Positions 26,601 to 37,918 are shown, numbered from the stretch's first letter. The stretch: 64,000 nucleotides of DNA from an uncultured Pseudomonadota bacterium (GCA_903829815.1 CAIKRR010000059.1:15624-79623), one strand, 5' to 3'. The notes: generated from the letters alone by a model not told the origin. Numbers and translations: made by a program.

Positions 26601-28323
26601 GAATAGGCTGGCTGAGTTCGAGCCGCAGCGGCGGGTTGATGACATCAGTACCCAGCAAATTGGGCTTGGGACCGACAAAACTCACCAGCGACATGACCAG
26701 GTCTTCGCGGATCGGATCGATCGGCGGGTTGGTTACCTGGGCGAACAGCTGTCTGAAGTAGTTGTAGAGCGTCTTGTTCTTGCCCGAGAGCACAGCCATC
26801 GGAGAATCGTTGCCCATCGAGCCAGTGGCTTCTTCCCCAGCCGCGGTCATCGGCCCGAGAATGAACTTCATGTCCTCCTGGGTGTAGCCGAACGCCTGCT
26901 GCAGATCGAGCAGCGACTCACTGAGCGCGGCACGCGGCTCGGCCGCAGCCGGCAGATCATCGAGCTTGATCCGGATCCGTTCCATCCACTCGCGGTAGGG
27001 CTTGGCTGCGGCGAGGGTGTCCTTCAACTCGCGATCATCGACGATGCGACCCTTCTCGGTGTCGATCAGGAACATCTTGCCGGGCTGCAGGCGCCAGCGC
27101 TGGATGATCCGGTCTTCGGGAATGGTCAGGCAGCCACTCTCGGAACCCATGATGACCAGATCATCATCAGTCACGATATAGCGCGCCGGGCGCAGGCCAT
27201 TGCGATCGAGCGTGGCACCGATCACACGGCCGTCGGTAAAGGCCATCGCAGCCGGCCCATCCCAAGGCTCCATCATCGCCGCGTGATACTCGTAGAACGC
27301 GCGTCGGCTAGGATCCATCATCGTGTGCTTTTCCCACGCCTCGGGAATCAGCATCATCATCGCGTGGGCGATCGAATAGCCGCCCATGACCAGCAGTTCG
27401 AGCGCATTGTCAAACGATGCCGAGTCCGACTGACCGTCGTAAATGAGCGGCCAGAGCTTGTCCAGATCCTCGCCCAGCACCGGGCTTGAAATGGCCCCTT
27501 CGCGCGCGCGAAGCCAGTTGACATTGCCGCGCAGGGTGTTGATCTCGCCGTTGTGCGCAATCATGCGAAACGGATGCGCCAGGTCCCAGGTGGGGAAGGT
27601 GTTGGTCGAGAAGCGCTGGTGCACGAGCGACAGGGCGGACACCACGCGTGCGTCTTGCAGATCTCGGTAGTAAGCGCCCACCTGGTCGGCGAGCAGCATG
27701 CCCTTGTAGACCAGCGTACGCGCCGACATCGACGGCACATAGAACTCCTTGCCGTGCGCCAGGTGCAGGGCCTGGATGGCATGGCCCGAGGACTTGCGGA
27801 TCACGTAGAGCTTGCGCTCGAGCGCGTCGGTGACCGTGACATCCGGGCCATGGCCGATGAAGACCTGACGCACCACGGGTTCGATGCGCTTCACCGATTC
27901 GCCCAGTCCTGCGTTGTCAACGGGCACGTCGCGCCAACCCAGCAGCACCTGGCCTTCGGCCCGGACGGCGCGTTCGATCGCAGCTTCGCACGCCAGGCGC
28001 GATGCAGGCTCCTTGGGCAGGAACACCATGCCCACACCATAGGAACCCGGCGCGGGCAGTTTCACGCCCTGCGCGGCCATTTCCTCGCGCAGGAAGGCAT
28101 CGGGTATCTGGATCAGGATGCCAGCACCGTCACCCGCCAGCGGGTCAGCCCCGACGGCACCGCGGTGGGTGAGGTTCTTGAGAATCTGCAACCCTTGCTT
28201 CACGATCGCATGGCTGCGCACGCCCTTGATATGCGCAACAAAGCCCACGCCACAGGCGTCATGCTCGTTGCGCGGGTCATACAGACCCTGGGCCGCTGGC
28301 GGCAGGGGGTGATGCTCATTCAT
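23680..28323 (-). CDS. gltB: glutamate synthase large subunit
   Basis: 1547 aa from the ATG at 28323 (GGGAGGAAG RBS). The Ntn amidotransferase Cys is in [17 protein letters not shown], Fe-S and GXGXG domains follow. Confidence 0.97.
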   Translation of the reverse strand: MNEHHPLPPAAQGLYDPRNEHDACGVGFVAHIKGVRSHAIVKQGLQILKNLTHRGAVGADPLAGDGAGILIQIPDAFLREEMAAQGVKLPAPGSYGVGMVFLPKEPASRLACEAAIERAVRAEGQVLLGWRDVPVDNAGLGESVKRIEPVVRQVFIGHGPDVTVTDALERKLYVIRKSSGHAIQALHLAHGKEFYVPSMSARTLVYKGMLLADQVGAYYRDLQDARVVSALSLVHQRFSTNTFPTWDLAHPFRMIAHNGEINTLRGNVNWLRAREGAISSPVLGEDLDKLWPLIYDGQSDSASFDNALELLVMGGYSIAHAMMMLIPEAWEKHTMMDPSRRAFYEYHAAMMEPWDGPAAMAFTDGRVIGATLDRNGLRPARYIVTDDDLVIMGSESGCLTIPEDRIIQRWRLQPGKMFLIDTEKGRIVDDRELKDTLAAAKPYREWMERIRIKLDDLPAAAEPRAALSESLLDLQQAFGYTQEDMKFILGPMTAAGEEATGSMGNDSPMAVLSGKNKTLYNYFRQLFAQVTNPPIDPIREDLVMSLVSFVGPKPNLLGTDVINPPLRLELSQPILDCDQMETIRHVEKYSEGKFRSFEIDTTYPTDWGKEAIEARLASLCAQAEDAVRSGFSVLIISDRRMSREAVAIPALLALSAIHQHLTNKGLRTSTGLVVETGSAREVHHFALLAGYGAEAVHPWLAMATVKALPGVDPDKAVKNFVKAIGKGLMKVMSKMGISTYMSYTGAQIFEAVGLARSLVDRYFTGTTTHVEGIGLFELAEETLRIHRAAFGDDPTLIGALDAGGEYAFRARGEEHMWTPDAIAKLQHSTRSGNFSTYEEYAKIINDQSRRHMTFRGLFEFRTDRVTPVPLDEVEPAAEIVKRFATGAMSLGSISTEAHSTLAIAMNRIGGKSNTGEGGEDRNRYAPMQPGETLASRIGHGRIEADIALQPGDSLRSKIKQVASGRFGVTAEYLASADQIQIKMAQGAKPGEGGQLPGRKVSEYIAQLRYSTPGVELISPPPHHDIYSIEDLAQLIHDLKNANSAASISVKLVSEVGVGTVAAGVSKAKADHVTISGHDGGTGASPWSSIKHAGSPWELGLAETQQTLVLNHLRGRIAVQVDGQLKTGRDVVIGALLGADEFGFATAPLVVTGCIMMRKCHLNTCPVGVATQDPVLRGRFQGKPEHVINYFFFVAEEVRQLMASLGIRRFDDLIGRADLLDMKQGVEHWKAKGLDFTRIFHQPAVPASVARRHVDGQDHGLEAAMDQRLIELAAPALERGEKVEIAMPVRNINRTVGTMLSGAVARRYGHDGLPDETIHLRLAGTAGQSIGAFLAKGIWIDLVGETNDYCGKGLSGGRISVQPSPNFRGEPTRNIITGNVVLYGAIAGEAYFRGVAGERFAVRNSGAQAVVEGVGDHGCEYMTGGTVVVLGETGRNFAAGMSGGLAYIYDVTGEFSQRCNPAMVDLEPVSTEAEQRAKLSIDLWHMGRADEELLIELVERHARFTGSARAKEILADWAAERQHFVKVFPKEYRRALGELAQAARKAAA

Positions 28324-28415
28324 GCTACTTCCTCCCGTCGGGGGGTGCAGAAACCGCCCAAGCGCTACGGCCGACGCCGTAATGAGGCGGTGCAACATGG
28401 CAAGGGGAACCTCAA

Positions 28416-28444
28416 ACTATAACGCTCAGCCGAAGCGCCATCAA
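28416..28444 (-). promoter_or_regulatory. candidate sigma70 promoter for gltBD
   Basis: On the minus strand: TTGATG, 17 nt, TATAGT, about 90 nt upstream of the gltB ATG. Confidence 0.4.
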
Positions 28445-28468
28445 GCGAGATGCCCGGCGACCGCCGGA

Positions 28469-29551
28469 TCAGGCGGTTGCGGCCTCGATCGCACCGACGA
28501 CGGCGGCACGCGGCGTGCCATCGCTGATGCAGGCCTGGCCGAGTCGCTCGAGCGCAATGAACCGCAATGCGCCGTTGCGCGCCTTCTTGTCCACACTCAT
28601 CAATTCAAAGTACCGCTCGACGCCCAGCGCCGGCCCGGCCACAGGCAATCCGGCACGCCCGACGAGCGCCCGTATACGCGCCACTTCAGACTCACCCAGA
28701 TACCCGAGTGCGCGCGACAACTCGGCCGCCATGACCAGGCCCGCCCCCACTGCCTCGCCATGGAGCCAGGTTCCGAAGCCCAGCCCTGCCTCGATGGCAT
28801 GGCCGAAGGTATGCCCCAGGTTCAGCAGCGCCCTCACCCCGGTTTCATGTTCGTCTTCGGCCACGATGGCGCCCTTGATCTGGACCGAGCGACGAATGAC
28901 ATGGGCGAGTGCCTCCGGGTCGCGGGCGACCAGGCGCTCCATATGCTGTTCGAGCCATTCGAACAGGATGGCATCGGCCAGCAGACCATGCTTGATCACT
29001 TCGGCCAGACCGGCCGCAAGTTCGCGCGCGGGGAGCGTCTCGAGCGTCATCGGATCAGCGAGCACGGCCACCGGCTGGTGAAAGGCGCCCACCATGTTCT
29101 TGCCGCGCGGATGGTTGATGGCGGTCTTTCCGCCCACCGAGGAATCAACCTGTGACAGGAGCGTGGTCGGCACCTGTACATAGGCCACACCACGCATGAA
29201 AGTGGCCGCTGCAAACCCGGCCACATCCCCGACCACCCCGCCACCCAGGGCCACGATCGTGGTGTGGCGGTCGCAGCGCGCCGCCAGCATCTGATCGTGA
29301 ATGAGGTCAAGACTCTGCCAGGTCTTGTGAGCCTCGCCGTCGGGCAAGGTGATACGCAGCACCGCTGCCCCGCTGCGCGCCAGAGCAGCCTCGACACGCT
29401 CGGCGTAGAGCGGACCAACCACGGCATTGGTCACCAGCGCCACCCGTCCGCCAGCGATGCGCGGATCGAGAAGATCAGTGCGCTCGAGTGCACCGGCCCC
29501 GACGTGGACCAGATAACTGCGCTCTTGGAGCGCTACACGGAGACTATGCAT
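28469..29551 (-). CDS. aroB: 3-dehydroquinate synthase
   Basis: 360 aa. ERSYLVHVG start region, [13 protein letters not shown], and metal-binding His residues (HTFGHAIE). Confidence 0.95.
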   Translation of the reverse strand: MHSLRVALQERSYLVHVGAGALERTDLLDPRIAGGRVALVTNAVVGPLYAERVEAALARSGAAVLRITLPDGEAHKTWQSLDLIHDQMLAARCDRHTTIVALGGGVVGDVAGFAAATFMRGVAYVQVPTTLLSQVDSSVGGKTAINHPRGKNMVGAFHQPVAVLADPMTLETLPARELAAGLAEVIKHGLLADAILFEWLEQHMERLVARDPEALAHVIRRSVQIKGAIVAEDEHETGVRALLNLGHTFGHAIEAGLGFGTWLHGEAVGAGLVMAAELSRALGYLGESEVARIRALVGRAGLPVAGPALGVERYFELMSVDKKARNGALRFIALERLGQACISDGTPRAAVVGAIEAATA

Positions 29552-30066
29552 GATTCGGGCAGTTCGCCAAGGATTCGGGTGACAAGCAGACTCGAGCGTT
29601 GCTTGCCCGAGTCGACGATGAGGTCGGCCACCTCAGTATAGAAAGGGTCTCGGGCACGAAACAGATCCTCAAGCCGCCCCAGCGGGTCGGCGGTCTGCAA
29701 CAAAGGCCGCGTGCGGTCGTTGCGAGTGCGGATCCACAAGTCACGCGGCGCCGCTCTCAGGTATATCACGAAGCCTCGTTCGGCAAGTCGAGCACGGGTA
29801 CCCGCATCGAGCACCGCGCCCCCGCCAGTGGCGAGGACGGTCTGGTCGGGTTGGCACAGTTCGGCGATCACCTGCGCCTCGCGGGTACGAAATCCGGCCT
29901 CACCTTCGAGTTCGAACACCGTTGCCACCGGGACCCCGGTGCGTGCTTCGATTTCGTGATCGGAATCGATGAAACGCTTGCCCAGACGACGCGCCAAGGC
30001 GCGCCCGACAGTGGTCTTGCCGGCCCCCATCAGGCCGACCAGATAAATGTTGGTCGATGTACGCAT
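29533..30066 (-). CDS. aroK: shikimate kinase
   Basis: 177 aa. P-loop [12 protein letters not shown], then FIDSDHEIE. Overlaps the aroB start by 19 nt. Confidence 0.95.
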   Translation of the reverse strand: MRTSTNIYLVGLMGAGKTTVGRALARRLGKRFIDSDHEIEARTGVPVATVFELEGEAGFRTREAQVIAELCQPDQTVLATGGGAVLDAGTRARLAERGFVIYLRAAPRDLWIRTRNDRTRPLLQTADPLGRLEDLFRARDPFYTEVADLIVDSGKQRSSLLVTRILGELPESCIVSV

Positions 30067-30167
30067 GGTGCGGATTCTATCGTCAGGCGCCAGTCGCCGG
30101 CCGGCTGCCCGTGCGATCGCTGTCTGCCACCCAGAGCGCCGTCGGAGTGCGGCGCAGCCAGTGGGCT

Positions 30168-32285
30168 TCAGCGCATGCTCACTCGCTCGTCGACGATGCG
30201 CGGCGTGATGAAGACCAGCAGTTCGGTCTTGTTGTCCTGCTTGTAGGTGTTGCGGAAGAAGAACCCGAGCAACGGTATGTCACCGAGGAGCGGCACCTTG
30301 TTGACCTGGCTCGACTCGGTCTGCTGGTAAATGCCGCCGATCACGACCGTTCCGCCGTTCTCGACCAGGACCGTGGTCACCACATTCTTGGTGTCGATCG
30401 AGGTCCCCGAACTGGTCGCAACCCCGGGTGAGTCCTTGTGAACGGTGACGTCCATGATCACGTTGCCATCGGGTGTGATCTGCGGCTTCACCTTGAGCGA
30501 AAGCACGGCCTTGCGGAATGAGATTGCAGTGGCCCCGGAGGAGGTCGCCGACTGATAGGGCAGCTCGGTACCCTGCTCGATCGAGGCTTCGGCCTGGTTG
30601 GCCGTCACCACGCGAGGACTCGAGATGATCTTGCCTTTGCCATCGGACTCGAGCGCATTGAGCTCCAGATTGAGAAAGCGGGTCAGACCGGCGTTGAACA
30701 GGCTGAACGCAATCTGGCCCACTTGCGCACCACCCGTGGTCTTGGTGGCCGGCAGATTGACACTCATCGCGTCGGTATTGATATCCGGGGTCACGGTCGT
30801 GAGCAGCTGTCCGGACAGTTTTGACGAAGCAATCGAATTGCCGGAAATGGCCACGCCATTGCCACCACCGATCGGATTGATCGAATTGACACCCAGGCGC
30901 GCACCGAGGGTGCGACCGAAGTTGTCGCTCGCCTCGACGATGCGCGCCTCGATCATCACCTGCCGCACCGGCACATCGAGGGTGGCAACGATCTGACGCA
31001 ACTGGGCAAGACGGGTCGGGATGTCCTGGACGATGATCTGGTTGGTTCGCGGATCGATCACCGCACTCCCCCGCCGCGAAAGCAGTCGCTGCTTTTCGTC
31101 GGTGAGGATCTTGATCATGCCCTCGGCCTTCGTATAGTTGAGCTGGAAGGTTTCGGTACGAACCGCCTCGAGATCGCTCAACTGGGCTCTTGATTCGAGT
31201 TCCAGCTTTTCCTTGGTGGCGAGCTCATCGCGTGGCGCCACCCACAACACATTGCCGCTCTTGCGCATGTCAAGACCGCGCGTCTGCATGATGATGTCGA
31301 ACGCCTGGTCCCAGGGGACATCCTTCAGCCGCAAGGTGATGCTGCCCTGAACGGTATCGCTGGTGATGATGTTGAGGTCGGTGAAGTCGGCAATGACGTT
31401 CAGCACGCTGCGCACATCGATATTCTGGAAATTGAGCGACAGCTTTTCACCAGTATAGCCACCGCGCGTGCCTTGGGTGAGCTTGTTGGGATCGACCACA
31501 ACAGGTTTGAGTTCGACCACGAACTGGCGCTCGGTCTGGTAGGCCGAGTGCTCCCAGCTGCCGGTGGGTTCTATCAGCATCCGGGCATTGGAGCCCTGCG
31601 GAAACGTGCTGATGGACTGCACCGGGGTGCCGAAGTCGGTGACGTCGAGACGCTTGCGCAATCGCTCGGGCACCTCGGCACCCTGGAAGTCGACCACCAG
31701 GTTGGTGCCCTGGGTGCGGATATCGATGCCCATATTGGCGTCCGACAGATCGATCACGATGCGCGCGACACCCCCTTCACCGCGCCTGAAGGCGACATCG
31801 CGCAACGCAGTGGCGCCCTGTGCTGGAGCGACAGTTGCAGCAGCAAACCGACCTGCCTCGGATCGGCCGCCGCTGGCACGGCCGGATGGCGGACTGATCG
31901 TCACCACCAGCACGCGGTCATCGATGGCAGCCTCGTAGGCGCCGAACGTATTCAGATTGAGAACGAGCCGCAAGCGATTGCCCACCTGAGTGGTGGCGAC
32001 CGATCGCAGGTCTCCACCGGTAAAGGTCTGGCGGTTTCCCTTCAGATCGCTGGTGGCATCGGGAATATCGAATGCAATGCGCGCCGGTTGCACGACCGAG
32101 AAGTTGGCCGGAACACCCTTGAGCGGCTGACTGAAGCGTGCACGCATCACCAGTCTACCGGCGGTGACGCTTGCCTCGACCGCCTCGAGCACATTGTCTC
32201 GGTCGGCTTGCGCACGGGCAGCGGTGCCACCCAATACGATGGCAGCCGACAGCAGGACTGCAAGCCAGCGGGTCAGGGATTTCAT
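30168..32285 (-). CDS. pilQ: type IV pilus secretin
   Basis: 705 aa. Signal peptide, AMIN-like N-terminal repeats, and a C-terminal secretin domain (VPLLGDIPLLGFFFR...LLVFITPRIV). Confidence 0.95.
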   Translation of the reverse strand: MKSLTRWLAVLLSAAIVLGGTAARAQADRDNVLEAVEASVTAGRLVMRARFSQPLKGVPANFSVVQPARIAFDIPDATSDLKGNRQTFTGGDLRSVATTQVGNRLRLVLNLNTFGAYEAAIDDRVLVVTISPPSGRASGGRSEAGRFAAATVAPAQGATALRDVAFRRGEGGVARIVIDLSDANMGIDIRTQGTNLVVDFQGAEVPERLRKRLDVTDFGTPVQSISTFPQGSNARMLIEPTGSWEHSAYQTERQFVVELKPVVVDPNKLTQGTRGGYTGEKLSLNFQNIDVRSVLNVIADFTDLNIITSDTVQGSITLRLKDVPWDQAFDIIMQTRGLDMRKSGNVLWVAPRDELATKEKLELESRAQLSDLEAVRTETFQLNYTKAEGMIKILTDEKQRLLSRRGSAVIDPRTNQIIVQDIPTRLAQLRQIVATLDVPVRQVMIEARIVEASDNFGRTLGARLGVNSINPIGGGNGVAISGNSIASSKLSGQLLTTVTPDINTDAMSVNLPATKTTGGAQVGQIAFSLFNAGLTRFLNLELNALESDGKGKIISSPRVVTANQAEASIEQGTELPYQSATSSGATAISFRKAVLSLKVKPQITPDGNVIMDVTVHKDSPGVATSSGTSIDTKNVVTTVLVENGGTVVIGGIYQQTESSQVNKVPLLGDIPLLGFFFRNTYKQDNKTELLVFITPRIVDERVSMR

Positions 32286-32878
32286 CGTTTCGAGCCCTCT
32301 GTATCCTGGAGTGTCATGCTGGTCTCACGCTCGGCCCAGACACCCGTGGCGTCCTGCACCAGTTCTCGCAGCGTCACTTCATCGAGCGAGATGGCGGTTA
32401 TCCTGCCCATGTTCTGTCCGATGTAATCGCCCACCTTGACCCGATAGATGGCCTGTTCGAGTCTGATGAGCGCGTTTGGCTGATTCTTCACGGTGAGGGT
32501 CCCCACCATCTTCAGGGATTCGATCGGGAAGGCCTCGAGCGGCTGGCGAGGACGCGACTTCTGCCTGGCTGCAAGCGACGCGCCGGCGGAACTGGAGCCG
32601 CTTTCGATCCGGTTGGCAGGCGCAATGCGCTTCTCGCTGAACGGATCGGCCAGATCACTTGCCTCATAGGCCGGGGGCTGGTAGGGCGCCATCTGGGGCA
32701 GTGGGGCGACACGGCCCTTGGCATCGCGAGTGAGGTTCGCCAGCTCTTGGGTCAGTTCGGTTTCGTTTCCGCCTCCGCAGCCGGCCAGGCTGGCTGCGAG
32801 GCATACGCCCGCCCCCAGCGCGAAGCGGCGCGCCCGTGCTGACATGGCCTGCAGGGAGGCAGGACGCGATCGGATCAT
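32282..32878 (-). CDS. pilP: type IV pilus assembly lipoprotein PilP
   Basis: Lipobox LAGCGG. Positioned between pilO and pilQ, with 4-nt overlaps on both sides. Confidence 0.85.
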   Translation of the reverse strand: MIRSRPASLQAMSARARRFALGAGVCLAASLAGCGGGNETELTQELANLTRDAKGRVAPLPQMAPYQPPAYEASDLADPFSEKRIAPANRIESGSSSAGASLAARQKSRPRQPLEAFPIESLKMVGTLTVKNQPNALIRLEQAIYRVKVGDYIGQNMGRITAISLDEVTLRELVQDATGVWAERETSMTLQDTEGSKR

Positions 32879-33504
32879 TTGCGCGCCTTTGCCGCCTGCT
32901 GCGCCTTGCGCTGCGCAAGCAACTCTTCTTCGTCCAGATAGCGGAATGTCCGCGCCACGGCATCCATCATGAGGGAGCCGTCCTTTTGCGGGGCGAGCGT
33001 GAGATCGCCAAGGGTGACGATGCGAGAGAGTCGTGCGACGTCGCTCGTGAAGCCCCCCAGGTCGTGGTACCCACCGCTCACTCGGATCTGGACGGGCAGT
33101 TCGGCGTAGAAGTCGCGAACGATCTCGGCGCCCGGCTTGATCAGGTCAAACTGCAGGCCGCGCTGCAACCCCGCCTGGTTGATCTGTACCAGCAAGGATT
33201 CGACCTGCTGGCGATTAGGCAGTTGCCTGAGCATCGCGCCAAAGGTCACATCCACTTCCTTGTACTGGCGCTCGTACGCCGCCAGATTGATTGCCTGGGA
33301 GCCCTTGTTCTTGTAGGTGTTCTTGAGCTCGACTTCGGTCACCTCTGCCGCGTCGAGACGATCGAGCTGATCTGACCAGTCCACAAGCCAGGCGATTGCT
33401 GCGAGCACGATGAGCAGACCAAGCAGAACGACCACCTTGGGCACGGTCGGCATGAGCCCCGGATCGCGCGGGTTGATCTCCCGAAATTGATCGATGAGAT
33501 TCAT
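32875..33504 (-). CDS. pilO: type IV pilus assembly protein PilO
   Basis: 209 aa. N-terminal TM plus coiled-coil, in the conserved pilMNOPQ order. Confidence 0.9.
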   Translation of the reverse strand: MNLIDQFREINPRDPGLMPTVPKVVVLLGLLIVLAAIAWLVDWSDQLDRLDAAEVTEVELKNTYKNKGSQAINLAAYERQYKEVDVTFGAMLRQLPNRQQVESLLVQINQAGLQRGLQFDLIKPGAEIVRDFYAELPVQIRVSGGYHDLGGFTSDVARLSRIVTLGDLTLAPQKDGSLMMDAVARTFRYLDEEELLAQRKAQQAAKARK

Positions 33505-33508
33505 GCCA

Positions 33509-34096
33509 CTACCCTTTGGAGGCCGCAGCAGGCGGTGTGGCGGTGCTGCGCTCCACCCGCAGGCTTGTGATCATGCTGAATTCCGCCAGGCGACGGTCGG
33601 CACGCTCGATGGTCTTTGCCTCGACCAGAACGGGGTTCTCGAAGATGCCGCTGTCCTCGAGGTTGCGCATCAGGGAAGAAATGCGCGCATTGGTCTGTGC
33701 AACGCCGACAAGACTCACCCTGCGACCTTCCTGCCGAACCGAGCGCAGGTACACGCCTTCGGGCATCCGGCGCACCAGTTCATCGAGCAGAGCAACCGAC
33801 TGCCCGCGATCGGTCTGCAAGGCCTCGATGATCTTCTTGCGTGCAACGAGCGCATCGATATCCTCACGCATGCGCTTCACCGCCTCGATCTGCTTGTCGA
33901 CGCGGGCGACTTCCGCTTTGAGAAATGCATTGCGGGCAGCTTGCTTGTCGATCATGGTGTCGAGCACACCGTGCACCGTCACGGCGACGAGCAGTGCCAA
34001 GGCAAGTGAACCCGCCACAAACACCCAGAACTGGCGGCGCAGACGCACACGCCGCTGCTCGCGATGCGGCAACAGATTGAGTCGCACGGTGCTCAT
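33509..34096 (-). CDS. pilN: type IV pilus assembly protein PilN
   Basis: Start at the ATG giving MSTVRLNLLPHREQRR (conserved NLLP motif). It shares 1 nt with the pilM stop. Confidence 0.9.
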   Translation of the reverse strand: MSTVRLNLLPHREQRRVRLRRQFWVFVAGSLALALLVAVTVHGVLDTMIDKQAARNAFLKAEVARVDKQIEAVKRMREDIDALVARKKIIEALQTDRGQSVALLDELVRRMPEGVYLRSVRQEGRRVSLVGVAQTNARISSLMRNLEDSGIFENPVLVEAKTIERADRRLAEFSMITSLRVERSTATPPAAASKG

Positions 34097-35172
34097 CAGT
34101 CGAAACTCCGCATCGCCAGCCCGCAAGCAGTAATCAGGGCCGGTGCGTCCGCCATCAGGCGTTTGAGATTGATTTTCGCCGCGACCTGCATCTTGGCAAA
34201 CGGATTCGCGACGAGGGTGGCGATGCGTGTTCGACTCGCCACCACGCTTTCCAGCCCCTGAATCGTCGCGCAGCCACCGCAGAGCACGATGTGCTCGATG
34301 CGGTTGTACTCGCTCGAGGACAGGAAGAACTGGAGCGCGCGCTGGATTTCAATGGCGGCGTTCTGCATGAACGGTTCGACCACTTCAGCCTGGTAACCGC
34401 CTGGCAGGCCGCCGCCCTTCTTGGCGGTCTCGGCTTCCTCGAGCGACAGCCCGTACAGTCGCTGGATTTCAATATTGACCTGATTGCCACCGAACGCCTG
34501 CTCGCGCGCGTAGACGACTTCAGGTCCGCGAATCACCGTCACCTGGGTCATCGACGAACCGATATCGACCACCGCTACATTCTGGTCGCGTGCCTGCGCC
34601 GGCAAGCGAGGGCGGACCAGTTCGAAGGCTGTCTGGAGCGCATGCGACTCGACGTCCATCAAGAGACCGATCAAGCCGGCCCCCTCTGCCGCAGCGATAC
34701 GATCTTCGATCTTCTCCCGGCGCGAGGCCGCGACCAGCACCTCGACAAGCTCAGCGTTGTCGGATACGGGTCCGAGCACCTGAAAATCGAGGTTCACCTC
34801 TTCGAGCGCGAACGGAATGTACTGGATCGCCTCGCTCTCGACCGTTGCCTCCATTTCGTCGTCGGAGAGGCCGGCAGGGCAGACGATCTTCCGGGTGATC
34901 ACCGCAGCGCCGGGGACGGCCATTGCGACGTGCTTCAATCGTGAACCCATGCGCTTGTAGCAGCGTCGAATCGCCTCGGTCGTGGCGTCCAGGTTGGCGA
35001 TGCCCGCATCAACCACGGCGTCGCGCGGCAGGGGCTCGATGGCATACGATTGGAGGCACAACTCGCCCCGCCCTGCGGGAGCCAGTTCAACCATCTTCAC
35101 CGAGGATGCGCTGAGGTCGAGGCCGATGACCGGTGGCGACCTGAGCGCGAACAATTCTGCAAGCGAGCGCAT
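34096..35172 (-). CDS. pilM: type IV pilus assembly ATPase-fold protein PilM
   Basis: 358 aa with an actin-like fold (IGLDLSASSVKMVEL...VVDIGSSMT...). Confidence 0.95.
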   Translation of the reverse strand: MRSLAELFALRSPPVIGLDLSASSVKMVELAPAGRGELCLQSYAIEPLPRDAVVDAGIANLDATTEAIRRCYKRMGSRLKHVAMAVPGAAVITRKIVCPAGLSDDEMEATVESEAIQYIPFALEEVNLDFQVLGPVSDNAELVEVLVAASRREKIEDRIAAAEGAGLIGLLMDVESHALQTAFELVRPRLPAQARDQNVAVVDIGSSMTQVTVIRGPEVVYAREQAFGGNQVNIEIQRLYGLSLEEAETAKKGGGLPGGYQAEVVEPFMQNAAIEIQRALQFFLSSSEYNRIEHIVLCGGCATIQGLESVVASRTRIATLVANPFAKMQVAAKINLKRLMADAPALITACGLAMRSFD

Positions 35173-35366
35173 GCCTGATCCGTTGACTGGACCCGGTTCG
35201 CAACCGGGCCGTTTAGGGCGTCTGCCCGTCCGAGGCCAGGGTATGGGTCGCGACGCGCGGTCGGCAGCCCGGCAAACCCCCTGAAAAACCCGAACGTTAA
35301 GTTATATTTATATCGTACTTTATCAGGACTTGGTCAGATTGATCGGCAAAACGTCGCATCCAGCCC

Positions 35367-35372
35367 TATAAT
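35367..35372 (+). promoter_or_regulatory. TATAAT -10 hexamer upstream of mrcA
   Basis: Exact TATAAT 31 nt upstream of the mrcA start, within an AT-rich divergent intergenic region. No good -35 at 17-nt spacing. Confidence 0.3.
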
Positions 35373-35402
35373 GGAAAGCCTGTCGCCATACGACCGCACG
35401 CC

Positions 35403-37724
35403 TTGAACTGGACTCGCTGGGCTCTATTTCCGCTCGGCGTCATCGCCGGACTTGCCCTGCTCGGCGGTGCCGTCATCACCTTCACGGTGATTCTGGCGTA
35501 TGACAACGTTCCTTCGATCGAGGCCCTGACCGACTATCGGCCCAAGGTTCCGCTTCGCGTGTACACCGCTGACGGGGCCCTGATCGGAGAGTTCGGCGAA
35601 GAGCGACGCACGCTGGTGCGCCTCAAGGACGTTCCGGCCGTCCTCAAGCAGGCCATACTGGCTGCCGAAGACACGCGTTTCTATCATCACACCGGCGTCG
35701 ACTTTGTCGGCGTGGCCCGTGCTGCACTCAGCAATTTCACCAGTGGCCGACCGCGTCAAGGTGCAAGCACGATCACGATGCAGGTAGCCCGCAACGTATT
35801 TCTGAGCCCGGAACGGACCTTTTCGCGCAAGCTGAACGAAGTCCTCCTCGCGTTCAAGATCGAGTCGACGCTCAGCAAGGACCAGATCCTCGAGATCTAC
35901 ATCAACCAGATCTACCTCGGGCAGCGCGCATTCGGCTTCGCAGCCGCCGCACAGACCTATTTTGCCAAGCCGATCGGTGCCATCAACCTTGGCGAAGCTG
36001 CCATGTTGGCTGGACTACCCAAGGCCCCCTCGAGCATCAACCCCATCGCCAACCCGAAGCGAGCACGATCGCGCCAGCTATGGGTCCTCAGTCGCATGGA
36101 AGAAACGGGTGAGGTCGACGCGAAGGCCTTGGCCGATGCGCGGGCAGCGCCGGTGACGGTACGCCCGGCGGGACCGGCGTCTGAACTGCACGCCGAACAC
36201 GTCGCCGAGATGGTCCGACAGGCCATGCATGAACGGTATCCGGGCGATACCTATGTGAAAGGCTATCGGGTCTACACCACCCTGACCCGCGCCGATCAGG
36301 CCGCCGCCTGGCAGGCGGTCCGACGTGGCCTGATGGACTACGATCGTCGCCATGGCTATCGGGGCCCGGAGCGCATGCTCGACCTGCCGGCGGGCGCCGG
36401 TGAAGACGAATACGACGAACTGCTCGCCGATGCCCCGACGGTAGAGGGTCTTGAAGCTGCGATCGTGCTCGAAGCGACCCCCAAAGCCGTCAAGGTCTGG
36501 ATGCGTGGTGGCGATGCCATCACCGTGCAGGGCGACGGATTGCGCTTCGCCCAGCGCGGACTCGAACCGGCAGCCAGCGCCTCGCAGCGCATTCGGCGCG
36601 GCGCCGTCGTCCGCGTGCTGCGTGATGAAAAAGGCGTGTGGTCGATCATCCAGCTTCCCGAAGTCGAGGCCGGACTGGTCTCGATCAGTCCGGTGGACGG
36701 CGCGGTGCGTGCGCTGGTCGGGGGCTTTGATTTCGGGCGCAACAAGTTCAACCATGTCACCCAGGCCTGGCGTCAACCGGGATCGGGTTTCAAACCCTTC
36801 ATCTACTCGGCCGCACTGGAAAAAGGCTTTACCCCAGCCACGATCATCGAAGATGCACCGATCACGGTCAGCGCAGCGCAGACCGGTGGCCAGGCCTGGG
36901 AGCCGAAGAATTACGACCGCCGCTTCGATGGCCCGATGCGCATGCGCACGGCGCTGGCGCTCTCCAAGAATCTGGTATCGGTGCGCATCCTGCAGGGGAT
37001 AGGGCCTGACTATGCGCAGGATTTCATCACGCGCTTCGGTTTCGAAGCCGAGAAGCACCCCCCCTATCTCACGCTGGCACTGGGCGCTGGTTCGGTCACA
37101 CCCATGCAGATGGCGCGGGGTTACAGCACGTTTGCCAATTCGGGCTATCTGGTCGACCCCTACCTCATCGGCAAGATTGTCGATGACCATGGCAAGCTGC
37201 TGGCCGAGGCCCGCCCGGTGCGAGCGGGAGGCGAGGCGCGGCAGGTGCTCGACGAGCGCAATGCATTCCTGATGGACAGCATGCTGCGCGAAGTGGTTCG
37301 GCGTGGCACCGGTTCGCGCGCCCTGTCGCTGGGTCGCACCGACCTGGCCGGAAAGACCGGTACCACCAACGAATTCAACGATGCCTGGTTCTGCGGTTAT
37401 CAGTCAAGCCTGGTGGCGATCGTCTGGGTGGGCTACGACACGCCACGCAAACTCGGCGAAACCGGCGGCGTGGCCGCACTGCCCATCTGGATGTCCTACA
37501 TGGAACGGGCCCTGCGCGGTGTTCCGGAAGGTGTCCGGGCGGTTCCCGAGGGGGTCATCGCGGTGCAGATCAACGGCGCCACCGGGCTCGAAGACCCGCG
37601 CGGAGACATGAGCGAGTACTTTTATCGCGAGAGTATCCCGGGGACGGCAACCGCAGCCACGTCGGGCCTGACGGGCCAGGGTGGCGCTGTACGATCCCCC
37701 GAAACACTGCAGGGCAGCGATTGA
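35403..37724 (+). CDS. mrcA: penicillin-binding protein 1A (bifunctional transglycosylase/transpeptidase)
   Basis: 773 aa. Glycosyltransferase motif AAEDTRFYHHTGVD, transpeptidase SGFK, and KTGTTN. Apparent TTG start, with no in-frame ATG upstream. Confidence 0.93.
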   Translation: MNWTRWALFPLGVIAGLALLGGAVITFTVILAYDNVPSIEALTDYRPKVPLRVYTADGALIGEFGEERRTLVRLKDVPAVLKQAILAAEDTRFYHHTGVDFVGVARAALSNFTSGRPRQGASTITMQVARNVFLSPERTFSRKLNEVLLAFKIESTLSKDQILEIYINQIYLGQRAFGFAAAAQTYFAKPIGAINLGEAAMLAGLPKAPSSINPIANPKRARSRQLWVLSRMEETGEVDAKALADARAAPVTVRPAGPASELHAEHVAEMVRQAMHERYPGDTYVKGYRVYTTLTRADQAAAWQAVRRGLMDYDRRHGYRGPERMLDLPAGAGEDEYDELLADAPTVEGLEAAIVLEATPKAVKVWMRGGDAITVQGDGLRFAQRGLEPAASASQRIRRGAVVRVLRDEKGVWSIIQLPEVEAGLVSISPVDGAVRALVGGFDFGRNKFNHVTQAWRQPGSGFKPFIYSAALEKGFTPATIIEDAPITVSAAQTGGQAWEPKNYDRRFDGPMRMRTALALSKNLVSVRILQGIGPDYAQDFITRFGFEAEKHPPYLTLALGAGSVTPMQMARGYSTFANSGYLVDPYLIGKIVDDHGKLLAEARPVRAGGEARQVLDERNAFLMDSMLREVVRRGTGSRALSLGRTDLAGKTGTTNEFNDAWFCGYQSSLVAIVWVGYDTPRKLGETGGVAALPIWMSYMERALRGVPEGVRAVPEGVIAVQINGATGLEDPRGDMSEYFYRESIPGTATAATSGLTGQGGAVRSPETLQGSD

Positions 37725-37738
37725 GGGGGCCCACGAGC

Positions 37739-37918
37739 GTGCAGGATCCGGTTTTCGAACGACTGGCCGTTCGGGCCGTTCTGGCTGCCTGTGCGCTGAT
37801 GATCAGTGGCATGCTGGCGGGTTGCGGCACAAAAGGGCCGCTTGTCATGCCCCAGCCGGACGTCCCGGCACGATCAACCACTCCGGTAGAACGCGATGTC
37901 ATTCAACCAGCAGACTGA
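37739..37918 (+). CDS. lptM: small lipoprotein, LptM (YifL)-like
   Basis: Lipobox MLAGCG followed by TKGPLVMP (the GC-x-KGPL-x-P signature). Lies immediately upstream of lysA and overlaps it. Start uncertain: GTG 37739 or TTG 37721. Confidence 0.6.
   Translation: MQDPVFERLAVRAVLAACALMISGMLAGCGTKGPLVMPQPDVPARSTTPVERDVIQPAD

Noticed and set aside
23647-27489. 472-aa and 619-aa plus-strand ORFs antisense to gltB
   Set aside because: Same shadow-frame artefact. gltB on the minus strand is unambiguous.
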